Source of the DNA: Mobula hypostoma
Lineage: Eukaryota
Length of the DNA stretch: 64,000 nucleotides
NCBI RefSeq assembly: GCF_963921235.1
Contig: NC_086097.1
Coordinates: 8,308,001 to 8,372,000, forward strand
Direction of reading: 5' to 3'
Shown: one piece after another, positions 1 to 12,800 of the stretch
How positions within the stretch are numbered: position 1 is the first letter of the stretch
Layout of the letters: each line of letters opens with the position of its first letter
Position numbers and translations under genes: made by a program
The notes under the pieces: generated by a model
What the model saw: the letters and a program-made list of their open reading frames with translations, nothing else
What the model was told of the DNA's origin: nothing
Databases searched by the model: none

Positions 1-744
1 TGGAGGAATGCAGACTTTATGCAGACAGAGGGGTTATTTTAATCAGTTATTTAATTACAGGTTTAATGAGCATGGTAAAGCACTGTGCTGAAAGGCCTGT
101 TCCTGTTCTGAACTATTGGCAAAGAAGGATATCAGGGTCTCTCTTTCATCCATCGGTGATATTTATCAAGAGCGCTGTGTATACAAGAGACCTCAGCATT
201 GTCTATGATCCCTCCCATTCGTCCAACTATTTCATTGACTCCCATCCCCCATCTTCTCCCGGGCCGTGAGATTACTGAACTCCCTGTCACCACCCAGGTC
301 TCATCTTGTATGAAGTGCCATATTCTTATCTTGATCGTAAATGCACCATATTACTTGTTAATTTTTTTGTGCTAATGTTACTTTATGTGCTGTGTAAGTT
401 ATGTGTATTGTATTGTGCACCTTGGTCTGGAGAAAAAATGTTTCTTTGAGTGGTATACAGGTGTACAGCTGAATGACAATAAACTGAACCTGAATTTGAA
501 CTTGTACATGAGTGGGAGATTATGTAGAAATATCAGCTTCAGGTTTTGTACCCATCTGGTTCCTTTAGCCAAATGAGCAAAAGTAGACAATCAAAACTTT
601 CGTACACATTTACAATCAGAGAATTGATTTCCTACAATGGTGTTTTCTGTTATCTGTCAGAAGAAATGACTGAGTAAGGTTCTGCAAACTCAATTGGATT
701 TAACACTGTGATTCTCCTCATAGCTCCATTTCATTTGTCTGTTT

Positions 745-1040
745 GTTATTTGCCATGCCGTTGATGTGGGTGTTCATGGTCTTTCCATGACCATGATTGT
801 TTTTGACAAATTTTTCAACAGAATTGGTTTGCCCTGGCTTCATTCTGGGCAGTGTCTTTACAAGATGGGTGACCTCAGACATTATCAATATTTTTCAGAG
901 ATTGTCTGCCTGGCATCAATGGTCGCGTAGACAGGACTTATGCTGTGGACCATCCAGCAGGGAAGAAGCACATGACACCTCCTTTGGTAAAGACGTATCC
1001 CCATCCTATCACCCCTCTCCATCCTGCCACCCCATTTACC
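745..1040 (-). mobile_element. Non-autonomous retroelement/SINE-like repeat, partial (family also at 2510-3210, 15808-15880, 23735-24122)
   Basis: Shared blocks 'ccatgaccatgattg...ctgggcagtgtctttacaaga...cacctcctttggta' recur at several places in the window. Confidence 0.6.
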
Positions 1041-1974
1041 TGAGTTAAAAGATGAAGTTGACCTCACTAGCTTTGGGGCCCCTCAGCTGTGGGGAAAGTG
1101 ATTCACAACTAATTACCTGGTAAGGATAATGACCAGAGTCTCCCTCCCCCTATTTGTGACATTTACTGGGGGCATTGTAGACAAAGGGCCCGAAGCATTT
1201 TCAAGGACCCCTACCATCCATCGTACAATCTCTTTAACCCACTACCATCAGGAAAGAGGTACTGAAGCATCGGGAATAGGACTGCCGGGCTGTAAGACTA
1301 ATGAATACCCTGCCACCACTGAGGATTTGTCACTAGGTCAGCGAGATTTTTACTGTTTATTATACTGTTCACTGTTAACCTGTGCTACACACTTCACATG
1401 CATTTTGAATTATATATTATTGACTTATTCTTGGTATTAATTTGTTTTATGTGCTGTGTGTGATAAATGTTTTCGGGTGCGCTGTGGTCTGGAGGAACAT
1501 TTAGTTCTCAGTAAGTACAGTCCAATGACAATAAAGATGAAGTTTAACTTACTCCCAGAATTCCATGTGAAGCTTTGACAGAGCTGCAGGGGGTTGGGTG
1601 GAGAGCTTCATTTACTGTCAAATCTGTCACTACTTTTTACAGTTTTTAAAGCGGTTTTGGTTTTCACCGACACTTAGAAACTATAAAAATCAAAGTACAC
1701 TTTAAAAAAAATAGATGTTTCTTTTCAATTGTAGGAATTAATGAAAACGTTTGAGTAAAGAGCGGTAGGTGTTGAAGCGGTTTTGATAGAATGAATGCTT
1801 CCACTGGAGGGAAAGAGCAAAACTTGTAGAAATCATTAATAAAAGATAGTCATCAGGAAATCCAATAGGAAATTCAGAGAGAAAGAGAGAAAAAACCTGT
1901 CTTCAGCCAAAAATAGTTTGAAACTCGCTATCATAGAGATGATTGATGAAAAAATACAGATATTTTTAAGGATC

Positions 1975-2280
1975 ATAAGACCATAAGATATGGGAGCAGA
2001 ATTAGGCCATTTGGTCCATCAAGTCTGCTCCACCATTTCATCATGGCTGATTCATTTTCCTGTCAACCCCAATTTCCTGCCTTCTCCTCATAAACTATCA
2101 CAGTCTGACTAATCAAGAACCTATCAGCCTCTCAATTACTAGGCCTCCACAGCTGCCTGTGGCAAAACATTCCACAGATTCACCACTCTCTGGCTAAAGA
2201 AATTCCTCCTTATCTCTGTTCTAAATACATGTCCCTCTATTCTGAGGCTGTGTTCTCTGGTCCTAGACTCTCCCACCAAG
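1975..2280 (-). mobile_element. CR1/HER1-type LINE 3' end fragment
   Basis: 'cataagaccataaga...ggagcagaattaggccatttgg' tail followed by reverse-strand RT C-terminal sequence, matching the other CR1 copies here. Confidence 0.75.
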
Positions 2281-2537
2281 GGAGAGGTGGAAGCACACAA
2301 TGGGGGAGTATGGAATAGAGGTATTAGTGACAGATTTGGATGAGTTTGAGTAGATTACATGCACTGGCATAGAGTTGTGGAGCCAGATGATCTACTTTTG
2401 TGTTGTGTATTGAAATTCATTTTGGTGGGCCTTTTTGTCTGCATCAAGGTCATCCACTAAAGATGTACTCCACTCATTCCAGGGAGTGTTTGCATGCACT
2501 CTATTTTGTTTTATCATCACCATTATATGCTATGTCG

Positions 2538-2844
2538 GTTGGCGTGTGGTCAAGTGGTTAAGGTGTCGGTCTAGTGATCTGAAGGTCGCTAGTACAGGCC
2601 TCAGCGAGGCAGCGTGTTGTGTCCTTGAGCAAGGCAGTTAACCGCACATTTCTCTGCGACGACATCAGTGCCAAGCTGTATCTGCCCTAGTGCCCTTCCC
2701 TTGGACAACATTGGTGGCATGGAGAGGGGAGACTTGCAGCATGGGCAACTGCCTGTCTTCCATACAACCTTGCCCAGGCCTGCGCCCTGGAAAACCTTCC
2801 AAGGCGCAAATCCATGGTCTCACGAGACTAACGGATGCCTATAA
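2538..2844 (+). mobile_element. tRNA-derived SINE, full length, 13-bp TSD
   Basis: A-box-like GTGGTCAAGTGG; TSD ATATGCTATGTCG at 2525-2537 and 2845-2857; homologous copies at 30241-30557 and 50830-51119. Confidence 0.85.
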
Positions 2845-3402
2845 ATATGCTATGTCGTATAACATGGGCAAAGATGGTCTTTCCATGACCATGATTGTTC
2901 TTGACAAATTTTTCTAAAGAAGTGGTTTGTTATTGCCTTCATCTGGGCAGTGTCTTTACACGACAGGTGACCTCAGCCATGATCAATACTCTTCAGAGAT
3001 TGTCCGCCTGGCGTCAGCAGTCGCATAACCAAGACTTGTGATATGCACCAGCTGCTAATACAACCATCCACTACTTGCTCCTATGGTTTCATTTGACCCT
3101 GATTGGGGCTAAGCAGATGCTACACCTTGCCCAAGGGTGACCTGCAGGCTAAAAGAGGGAAGGAGCACTTTACACCTCCTTTGGTAGAGACGTGTCTCCA
3201 TTCCACCACCTCTTTTGCTGTAGCCTGTCCAATTCCTTCCCAACTTGACTATTCAGAACACTCAGGAATGGTCCAGGCTAGCAGTTAAGTCTGATACAAA
3301 TAAATGCATTATTACACCTTATATTTCTCAGCTATCTTTGCACATACCGTCATATCTTTTCAACTATGTCTCATGATGTGACTTTGAAGCATCAGTGTTG
3401 AA

Positions 3403-3532
3403 TATCCTGACGAAGGGTCTAGGCCCAAAACGTTGACTGTTCATTTCCACAGATGCTGTCTGACCTGCTGAGTTCCTCCAGCGTTTTGTGCGTGTTGCTT
3501 TGACCCCAGCATCTGCAGAATATTTTGTGTTA
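3403..3532 (+). mobile_element. Penelope-like terminal-repeat fragment with degenerate hammerhead motif
   Basis: CTGACGAAGGGTCTAGGCCCAAAACGTTGACTG (GAAA mutated to AAAA), then the conserved gatgctg..cctgctgagttcctccagc tail. Confidence 0.75.
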
Positions 3533-4374
3533 ATGTTGAATGAACTCTTTTTGCGTTGCCAGGTTCTCTTGTCATTTGTCCTAGTCTTTAATCTGAAGAT
3601 TGTCAAAATGTGACTTTAATTTGCCAGCTAAAATTGCTCGAAACTGACAGTAATGCAGTGAGTAAAGATGTGGTCACCTGCAACTAACTAATTGCTACCA
3701 GGGACTCCATACTGGGAATTTTGGCCTGGGTGGAGGCAAAATAGTTGTTTTATTTATCCTGCAACAATCCTTGCAGGATTTGTGGAGACAACATTAGTAG
3801 TAACTTTCCAATGCTTTGAGATGACTGTCATTAGTCCGTGTCCAAGAAGAGCGTAAGAGCATAGGATCCCTCATGCTCTTTCAACCTTGAATTTTGTTTC
3901 AGGTTTGACATTTGATCTTCTCTTATAAGCAAAGGTTTTATTAACTCATTGAATGTCATGGCTAATTTCATCATCAATATCTCTGCACACTGTGACAATC
4001 TTGCTCGTTTTGCATTCAAACAGACTTGGTGTTTTTTTGCTCTATTTGCGTTCTTTCTTGAAAAATGATGTTAGTTATGTTTATCGTTTCTTGTCAATAA
4101 CTCTGCCATGGATGTGAAGCTATGCCAAGCCCAGTTGTGAACTGAGGAGGGTTGGCATAGGGCTAACATCTCCATCCCGTAACAATGGCAACAGAAGCCT
4201 CAAACATGAAGGATACACCAAGCAGATGGACTACACCTGGTGAGAAGACTGACCCAGGACGGAGAACTCTGTTGAGCTGCTCCTGGCAGCCTCTGCTCCA
4301 GTAGGGTGGTGGGCTTATGTATATAAAGTGGATTTAATTTGGCTTTTTTTTTGCATTGATCAAGAGCACACCTT

Positions 4375-5065
4375 AAGGCAATGGCTCAAAAAGGTGGCAT
4401 CCATCATTAAGGATCCTCAAAATCCAAGGACGTGTTTTCTTCTCATTGCACCATGAGGAGCCTGAAGGCACACATGTAATATTTCAGGAACGGCTTCTTC
4501 CCCTCTGCCATCATATTTCTGAATGGCAATGAACCCATAAACACTACTACCTCAATATAACCAGAGGCAGTCAGCAAGCACCCACAACCTTTGCAGCACA
4601 ACCTCACAAGTATTACGTTTAACAACGTGGCATGCCTAACCTGGAGGGATGTGCTTGTTCTTTCCATAGATGGTGGTTTGCTGTAATACAACAAAGACAT
4701 CTTCAAAAGGCGATGTCTCAAAAAGACAGCATCATCATTAAGGACCCCCATGACCCAGGACGTGCCCTCTTCTCATTGCTGCCATCAAGGAAGAGCTACA
4801 GGAGCCTGAAGATACACACCCAATGTCTCAGGAACAGCTCCTTCCCTCCGACATCAGATTTCCAAATGGAAAACAAATCCATGTACACGACCTGATTATT
4901 TTTAGTCTCTTTTTGCACTACTTATTCAGTAAAATTTTTATAAATTTTTTATTGTAATTAGTAGTTTTTCATTATTATGTATTGCAATGTACTGTTGCCA
5001 TAAAACAACGAATTTCCTGACATATGCCAGTGATATTAAACCTGATTCTGATTCTGATTCTGAAT
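4375..5065 (+). mobile_element. Two adjacent Rex1/Babar-like LINE 3' fragments with (ATTCTG)n tail
   Basis: Translation IIKDPHDPGRALFSLLPS..YRSLK is the RT C-terminal region typical of this clade; tail ctgattctgattctg at ~5042-5063. Confidence 0.75.
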
Positions 5066-5444
5066 TTAGACTGGCATTTAATATCATGGATTTGTGACAA
5101 ATAAATCAGTCCTTTTCTTAATTACTTACTGCACATTTTGTTTAGGGCAGCAATTAAGATCCTTCATCTCCATTGGCCTTGGTCATCTTCTCTACTGTGC
5201 CACAGGTGTGTTTTAGGATCCTCATTTCTACCTCTATGGTGCAGCACCAAGTTGTCTTTTGTTTCTCACATTTCCTCCGTACTTTGGAGATTCAGAAGAG
5301 TGCTGTCATGATTTTGGAAATATTCCTCTCTTCTCATCATGTGCCCAATCCATCTCCAACAGTTATTCTATTTCAGTTCTATTTCACATTAGCAGATTCT
5401 CTTGTTTGATTGTACATCTGTACAGTCCATAAGAGACCTTAAGA

Positions 5445-7640
5445 CCATAAGAGCATAAGGCATAGGAGCAAAATTAGGCCATTTGGCCCATTGAGTCGGC
5501 TCCACCATTTCATCATGGCTGATCCATTTCTCCCTTAACCCCAATCTCCTGCTTTCTTCCCATAATATTTCAGACCCTGACTGACCATGAACCTATCAAT
5601 CTCTGCCTGTCGCATGGAATTTATCACCTTCTAGCTAAAGAAACTCCTCGTCATCTCTGTTCTAAATTAACGTCCCTCTATTTTGAGGCTATGCCCACTG
5701 ATCCAAGACAGTCCCAACAAATGAAACATCCTCTTCACCTATACTCATTCTTCTAAATTTCAGCAAGCACAGGCCCAAAACCTTCAGCTGCTGCTCATAA
5801 GTTCATCCCTTCATTCCTGGAATCATTCTTGTTGACCTCCTCTGAATCTTTCCAATGTCAGTACATCCTCCTTTAAATTAGGGGTCCCAAACTGCTCATA
5901 ACACTCCAAGTGAGACTTCACTAGTGCTATACACAGCCTCAGTATTACACCCTTGCTTTTATTTCCTCCTGAAATTAATGCTAACATTGCATTTGTCTTC
6001 CTCACCATGAATTCACTGGCAAATTAACCTTCAGGAATCCTGCATGAGAACTCCCAAATCCCTTTACACCTCAGATTTTTGAATTTTCTTCTCATTTAGA
6101 AAATATTCTATGCTTTTATTCCTTCTACCAAAATGCATTACCATGCACTTCTCAGCTGAGTATTCGGTCTGCCACCTATTTGCCCATTCTCCTAATCTGC
6201 CTGTCCTTCTGCAGTCTCTGCTTCCTCAACGCTACCTGCCTCTCCACCTAACTTCACATCACACACAAACTTGGCCACAATGCCACCTATTCCATCACCT
6301 AAATCATTGACATACTGAACATTGTGAAAACACAGACCCCTGTGGAGCCCCACTGGTCACTGCCAGCCAATCCAAAAAGGATCCCTTTATTCCCACTTTT
6401 TGCTTCCTACCAATTATCCAAAGTTATATCCATTCTAATATATTTCCTGTAATACCCTGGGCTCTTGTTTGGCATCCTCATGTGTGTGGCAACTTGTCAG
6501 AGGCCTTCTGAAAATTCATGTACACAATATTCACCACTTCTCCTTTGCCATGTATTACCAAGCACCCCAAAGCCAGATCCTTAACAATCGACTCCAATAT
6601 TTTCCCAACCACCGAGGTCAGGCTAACTGGCCCATAATTTCTCTTCTTCTGTCTCTCTCCCTCCTTGAAGAGTGGAGTGACATTTGCAATTTGCCAGTCT
6701 TCCGGAATCATGCCAGAATCTAGTGAATCCTGAAAGATCATCACTAATGCCTCCAGAATTTCTTCAGTTACCATTTTTAGAACCCTGAGCTGTAGTCCAT
6801 CATGTTTGTATAACTTATCTAACTTCAGACCTTATTCTGGCATCTTCCCCCTTCCTTTCCAGTCCTGAAGAAGGGTCTTGGCCCAAAATGGTGACTGTTT
6901 ATTAATTTCAATACATGCAGCCTAACCTGCTGAGTTCCTCCAGCATTTTGTTGCTTTACGTTTATATTTCATCTTCTCCCCCACCTTATGTTTTTTCTTT
7001 TAGTTGCCTTCTGTTGATTTTTAAAAGCTTCCCAATCTTCTAACTTTTCACTAATTTTCGCCCTATTATATGTGCTCTCTTTTGCTTTTATGTTGGCTTT
7101 GACTTCCCTTGTCAGCCACGGTTGCACCGTCCTGTCTTTAGAATTCTACTTCTTCTTTGGGATGTACCTATTCTGCATCTTCCAAATTGCTTCCAGAAAC
7201 TCCAGCCATTGCTGACCTGCCATCATCCCTGCTAGTGTCTGCTTCCAAATAACTTTGGAAAGCTCCTTTCTCCTGTCTCTGTAATTCTCCTTACTCCACT
7301 GTAATACTGATACATCTGACTTTAGCTTCTCTCTCTCAAACTGCAGGGTGAATTCTATCATTTCATGAGCACTGCCTCATAAGATTTCCATTACCTCAAG
7401 CTCCCTAATCATATCCAGTTCATTACACAACACCCAATCTAGAACTGCTGATCCCCTAGTGGGTTCAACCATAATCTGCTCTAAAACATGATCGCAGAGG
7501 CATTCCACAAATCCTCTCTCTTGGGATCTAGCATCAACTTGATTTTTCCAATCTATTGAAATCCCCCATGACTATCGTAACATTGCCTTTTTGACGAACT
7601 TTTTCTACCTCCCACTGGAACTTGGAGACTACATCCTGGC
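5445..7640 (-). mobile_element. Degenerate CR1/HER1-type LINE (ORF2 fragments), interrupted by a Penelope terminal-repeat piece at ~6830-6955
   Basis: ORFs 5823-6008, 6478-6774 (PEDWQIANVTPLFK..NYGPVSLTSVVGK) and 7146-7361 are CR1 ORF2 segments. Confidence 0.88.
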
Positions 7641-8659
7641 TAGAGTGAGATAGCAATAAACTTGAACTTGAATGGTAGCAATGAGTGTAGAGTGAGAGGC
7701 ATTTCACTGCATTGTTGGAATTCCATTCGATTACAAAATATTGTCATTTATTTGAATGGAAAATTACTTGATTTGGTGTCTATTTGTGGTTCAATAAACT
7801 TCACAGGGTAATTCTGAAATGCTGACTGCAAATCTTATCCTACAATGCCAAAAGGTTCAATTGATTAAAAATGCATAATAAGACATGACACATTACTCCA
7901 CAAGGATTCTGTTTTAATTCCTCTTAAAACTGTCAAGTGCATGCCTTCAGTATTAGACACGTGAGAGGCTTTCATTAACTGGCAACCTCTGATTGCTAAT
8001 TCACCCTGGCCTAGTTTCTTTCAATAATAAATGAGAAAGATCTACATAATCATCCATTTTAAAGCAGATTCATTCTGCTGTTGCAGAAGTGCATAGGAGA
8101 ATGAATTTTCTATGCTACATTACCTTCAAGTGAACCATTCAGAGATTATTGTGCTAGATTGGTTGATTTAAAAAAAACAGTTTTACTTGTTTTCTACAGA
8201 GCAATTGTGCGTTGCTTTAGAGATATGAAGGGGTTAGAACCCTTCACTTAATAATAGTACAGAGTTGAGAGGTGCAGCACTTTGCTTGAGTCCTGTCGCA
8301 ATAATTTAACGCATTCGTGGTATGCAACTCAAATTCAGAAGATAGATTAGGATTGCTATAATAGTCATTCACCCATCCACTCCAATTTGGATATCTTGTT
8401 GAACTGGCTTTGTGCTGATCTCATTCAACAGTGCTTTCACCATCGTTAATGTTCAATTTCAAGCCTGACTAAATATTTTTATGTGCTTAGTTTGTGAACA
8501 AGATTCTCTGTATGCAAATTTATAGGTATGAAAATCCTTGGCCCTATGTTCCACTTGAAAAGCAAAGACAAAGCAGAAATAAGCATCATTCAGGGGAAAT
8601 AGTTAGAGTGTTTAAATAACATATCGATGTTGCTATAATTCAAAATCAAGTGGTAAAGA

Positions 8660-8995
8660 TTGACTTTGACCTCTTCTCCTCACTTCCCCCACTGTCTCTC
8701 CTTTTTCCGTTTCACCCATAGTCCACTTTCCTCTCCTGTCGGACTCCTTCCTCTCTAGCCCTTTATCTTCCCCACTCACCTGGCTTCACTCGTTCACCTT
8801 CTAGCTATCCCCCTTCCCCTCCCCCCACCTTCTTATGCTGAGGTCTTGCCCTTTCCTTACCAGTTCTGAGGAAACTTCTCAGCCTGAAATGTCGATGGTT
8901 TGTTCATTTCCATAAATATTGCCTGACCTGCTGAGTTTCTCCAGCATTTTCTTAATGTTGCTCTGGAGTTCTAGTATCTACAGACTTGTTCATGT
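8660..8995 (+). mobile_element. Penelope-like 3' region (pyrimidine tract, decayed hammerhead, tail)
   Basis: C/T-rich tract similar to 62290-62620, then cagttctgaggaa..cctgaaatgtcga and gcctgacctgctgagtttctccagcatttt. Confidence 0.65.
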
Positions 8996-9154
8996 TTATG
9001 GCTAAAGACTGAGCTACCTTGACTCCTGCGATAGACCAGAAGGAGCAAAATTTGGAAGATTAGAGTGTGGCACATGTGGAACTACAGCTCAATTTAGCTT
9101 TTTACTCAGCAATGTATTGTCTATGTGTCCCAAGAATTTTCAGGACCTAGGGCT

Positions 9155-9380
9155 CCAGGGTAGTGTAGCGGTTAGCGTGACACTTTTACAGCTCGGGGAG
9201 TCAGAGTTTAGAGTTCAATTCTAATGTCCTTTATAATAAAGTTTGTACATTCTCCCTGTGGCTGTGTAGATTACCTCTGGGTGCTCTGACTTCCTCCCAC
9301 AGTCCAAAGATGTACCGTTAGTAGGTGAATTAGATTGTGAATAGGCTAGGGTTAAATGGATGGGTTGCTGGGCTGGAAGG
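9155..9380 (+). mobile_element. HE1-like V-SINE (other copies ~15150-15395 -, 19655-19915 -, 30575-30830 +, 43205-43410 -, 43530-43810 +, 51245-51530 +, 61825-62130 +)
   Basis: tRNA-like head (gtagtgtagcggttagc...gagttcaattc) plus V-domain-like core 'gggtgctctgacttcctcccacagtccaaagatg'. Confidence 0.75.
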
Positions 9381-9589
9381 AAACGAGGCTGTGGAATTCA
9401 TACTGCAAGTGAGGCATGTCTATTTATTAATGCTAATATGATGTTACATCTGGGTGAGCATTCCTTCCCGTTAATTTGATGATGTTGCTTGGTTTACCAT
9501 TCCTTCTCAGTTTCCAGCTGTTCTCCTGCTACCATTTATTCCTCTTCGTAGATGCTACCTGACCTGCTGAATTCCTTCAGCACAGGATA

Positions 9590-10025
9590 TAGAACATCAG
9601 AGCAGAATGAGGCTATTCTGCCCATTGAATCTGCCCCCTCTTTCCATCAAGGCTGATTTATTACCCCTCTCAACCTCATTCTCCATCCTTCTCCCTGTAA
9701 ACTTTGGTGCCCTTACTAATCAAAACACCTATCAACCTCCACTTTAAATTTACCGAGTGACTTGGCTTCCACCACTGTCTGTGGCATTGAATTCCACATC
9801 TTCACCACCCTCTGGCTAAAGAAATCCTTCTTCATCTCCGTTCTAAAGGGACATCCTTAATTCTGAGGCTGTACCTTCTAGTGCTGGACTCCTCCACTAT
9901 AGGAAACATCCTCTCCACATCCACTCTATCTAGGCCTTTCAATATTCAATAGATTTCAATGAGATCCCCACTTCATTCTTCTAAACTCCAGCAAGTAGAG
10001 TGCCTGAGCCATTAAACACTCCTCA
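9590..10025 (-). mobile_element. CR1/HER1-type LINE 3' fragment
   Basis: Reverse-strand homology to the RT C-terminus and 3' UTR at 17700-18150 and 46330-46760. Confidence 0.75.
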
Positions 10026-10624
10026 AATCAAATGTTCAAATGGTTCAATTTAATATTAGTGAATATATACAATACACAACCTGAAATTCTTACTCTTTGC
10101 AGATATCGACAAAACAAAAAAAAAGAATTAATTTTGTATATTTTGTTCTTTGTTCGGTCTTTTGTTTTCAGGGCATTCTTTTGCCGACAGAATCTTCTGA
10201 CCTGGTTTTGGAGGCGTGCGTGATAAGAAAACTCTGAAGAAATTTGTTATCTAGTTACTACTTAATGCCCGCATTATTGTTGTCTCTATATTTTAATGTC
10301 TGAATAAAATAAGCCTTTCAATAACCTTGGGCCATAATAGTTAATGAAAAAAAATTGCTAAACAGGAACAGATTATATTACCAGTTTGATTAAAAAAACT
10401 TTCCATTAACTCTGCATAAAAAGCAAAATTGTCCTAGATAAATATTAAATACGACTTGGTTATGAATGTTATCTTCTTTCACAGTTTAGAATCAATGCCA
10501 TTTATTCTCGTGATATGAAAATAGTTCTAATGAGATTTCCCAAAACAGCATATGTATTCTCATCAATATTCAAGACTCACACATGTTGTAGTTAGTTTCT
10601 ATAATGAAGCTTCAGTAGTATTAA

Positions 10625-11200
10625 CCCTTCAGTCTAACGCATGTAGTCACCCAAACTTTCGAATCCAAAGATAGAATCAAGCGCAGTGTTGGTTGTCCAT
10701 TGTATCCAACAATGACAGGAAACCTGTGCAGGAGAGATTTTAAAGTGGAAAAGCCATTCCACTCTCTTGACCTTGGAAGTCCAGTCCATTTGTATGAGTT
10801 GTCATCAAAAACTGGAGATTTCTTTGGTTGCAGGAGATGACCATGACTTTTTCTATGCTCTATCTGCCTCTCACTCTCCACGAAGCATTGCAGTACCACC
10901 CTCCAGGATCTCACTGTTGATCTCATCCATCCAGTCTGCCGGAGTTGACTTCACATGCTACGACTGGCATGTCCCTATTTCACCTGGATATGATGCCTGC
11001 CAGCTACCCTCAACTGGTTCAGCCCGCCTGCCGAAGAGCACACCGGGTATGGCCATGGTTGCATGCAGACAGCTAATTGGAGCCTCACCTGAGAGCAGAC
11101 GATCTGATGGTGACCAAAGGTGAGTGAGCTGTCCCAGAATGGACACAACAAGCCCCTTCACCAGAAGTGCTACCCCTCTCTGGACATCACATACAACCCC
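10625..11200. mobile_element. Unclassified non-autonomous interspersed repeat (inverted copy at 13958-14450)
   Basis: 'gacaggaaacctgtgcaggagagattttaaagtggaaaag' is the reverse complement of ~14397-14436; several other shared blocks. Confidence 0.65.
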
Positions 11201-12059
11201 AAGTACAAAAAAATAGAAAATGCCAAAAATACTCAGCATCTAGAGAGAGAAAAAACAAAATTAATGTTTCTGATGCAAGATCATCAGCCGAGGCACAGTT
11301 TCTAATATTACCCATTACACCGATATTGCTTAATATGGCAATCACCATCAGAATTTTGTGTTTTTTTTATTTCAGATGTCTAGCATCTGCATATTTTTGC
11401 TTTCCTATTAATAGCTGAAGTATATGTTTTCTTTCAATTTCCTCTGCATTCTGTTCAAAGGTTCTGTTAGTACCTTCAAATAAAGTGGATACAGATGGTG
11501 AATTTTGCAGATGTCAGCAACATTTCTGTTAAGTTTCTTTGGGATAGAAAATACAAAAACAGAAGTGGTGCTAGTAAGTATCTAAAAGTACTCTTTAACC
11601 TGCTCAAGTATATTTTTAATAAGAAAATTGAGATAGCTAGCTCAAGAGGTTAGACTAATACAAAGCATTGACTCTGAAATTTAGAATGATAATTTTGTTC
11701 GTCTGGTGGAAGCAAGTAAAATACAGTGAGGTGTCTTCTCACTTGGCCCTAGTTTTCAATGTAAATTTATTATGAAAGTGTGTATATGTCAGCATATACT
11801 ACCCTGAGATTTATTTTTTTACACAAAAATAAATACAGTAGAATTTATGAAAATCGATACTTAACAATGACCGACAACTATCCGATGTGTAAAAGAGGAC
11901 AAATTGTGCCAATAGTAAATTAATATGTAAATGAATAATACTGATTTGCATAATTCTTAAAATTGAAGTCATAGGCTGAGGAGTCAGTTCAGTGTTGAGT
12001 TGAGTGTCAGAAGCATGATGGTTATACGGTAATAACTATTCCTGACCTGGTGGTGTGGG

Positions 12060-12800
12060 ACATTCAATACTATCATCCCCTCAAAACTAATCAAGACTTT
12101 GGCCTCAATACCTCCTTGTGCAATTGTATCCTGGATTTCTTCACTTTCAGACCCCGGTCAGTTCACATTGGTAACAACATTCGTCCACAATCTCCATCAG
12201 CACAAGTACACCACAAAGATGTGTGCTTAGCCCCCTGCCCTACTCATTTTACACTGTGTAGCTGAGCAGAGTTCTAATACCTTAATTAGGTTTACTGACA
12301 ACATCAGTGGTGTTGGCTGAATCAAAGGTGGTGACTCATCAGCGTATAGGATGGAGACTGAAAATTTAGCTGAGCGTATCTACACAGAGTGCTGTTGCAG
12401 GAAAGCAGCATCCATCATCAGGGACCCCCACCGCCCAGGACATGCTCTCCTCTCACTGTTGCCATCAAGAAGAAAGTGTAAGATCCTCAAGACTCACACT
12501 TATTACCTCTTAACCATCAGGCTTTTGAACCAGTAGGGATAACTTCATTCAACTATTCCCACAACCTATGGACTTACTTTCAAGGACACTTCATTAATGC
12601 TTAATGCTTATTGCTTATTTATTTTTTTTTCTGTTCTGTGTTTGTACAGTTCGTTGTCTTTTGCACATTGGTTGTTTATCTTCCCCTTTGGCTGCGGTCT
12701 TTCATTTATTCTATTACGGTTCTTGGATTTACTGAGTATGCCTGCAAGAAAATGAATATCACGTACATACCTTGATCATAAACTTATTTTGAATTTTGAA
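12060..12800 (+). mobile_element. Rex1/Babar-like LINE fragment
   Basis: LNTSLCNCILDFFTFRPRSVHIGN and SIIRDPHRPGHALLSLLPS motifs. Confidence 0.8.

Noticed and set aside
2538..2630. tRNA gene-like sequences (also 17328, 30245, 58850-58917)
   Set aside because: They are heads of SINEs with repeat bodies and TSDs; no complete cloverleaf is evident.
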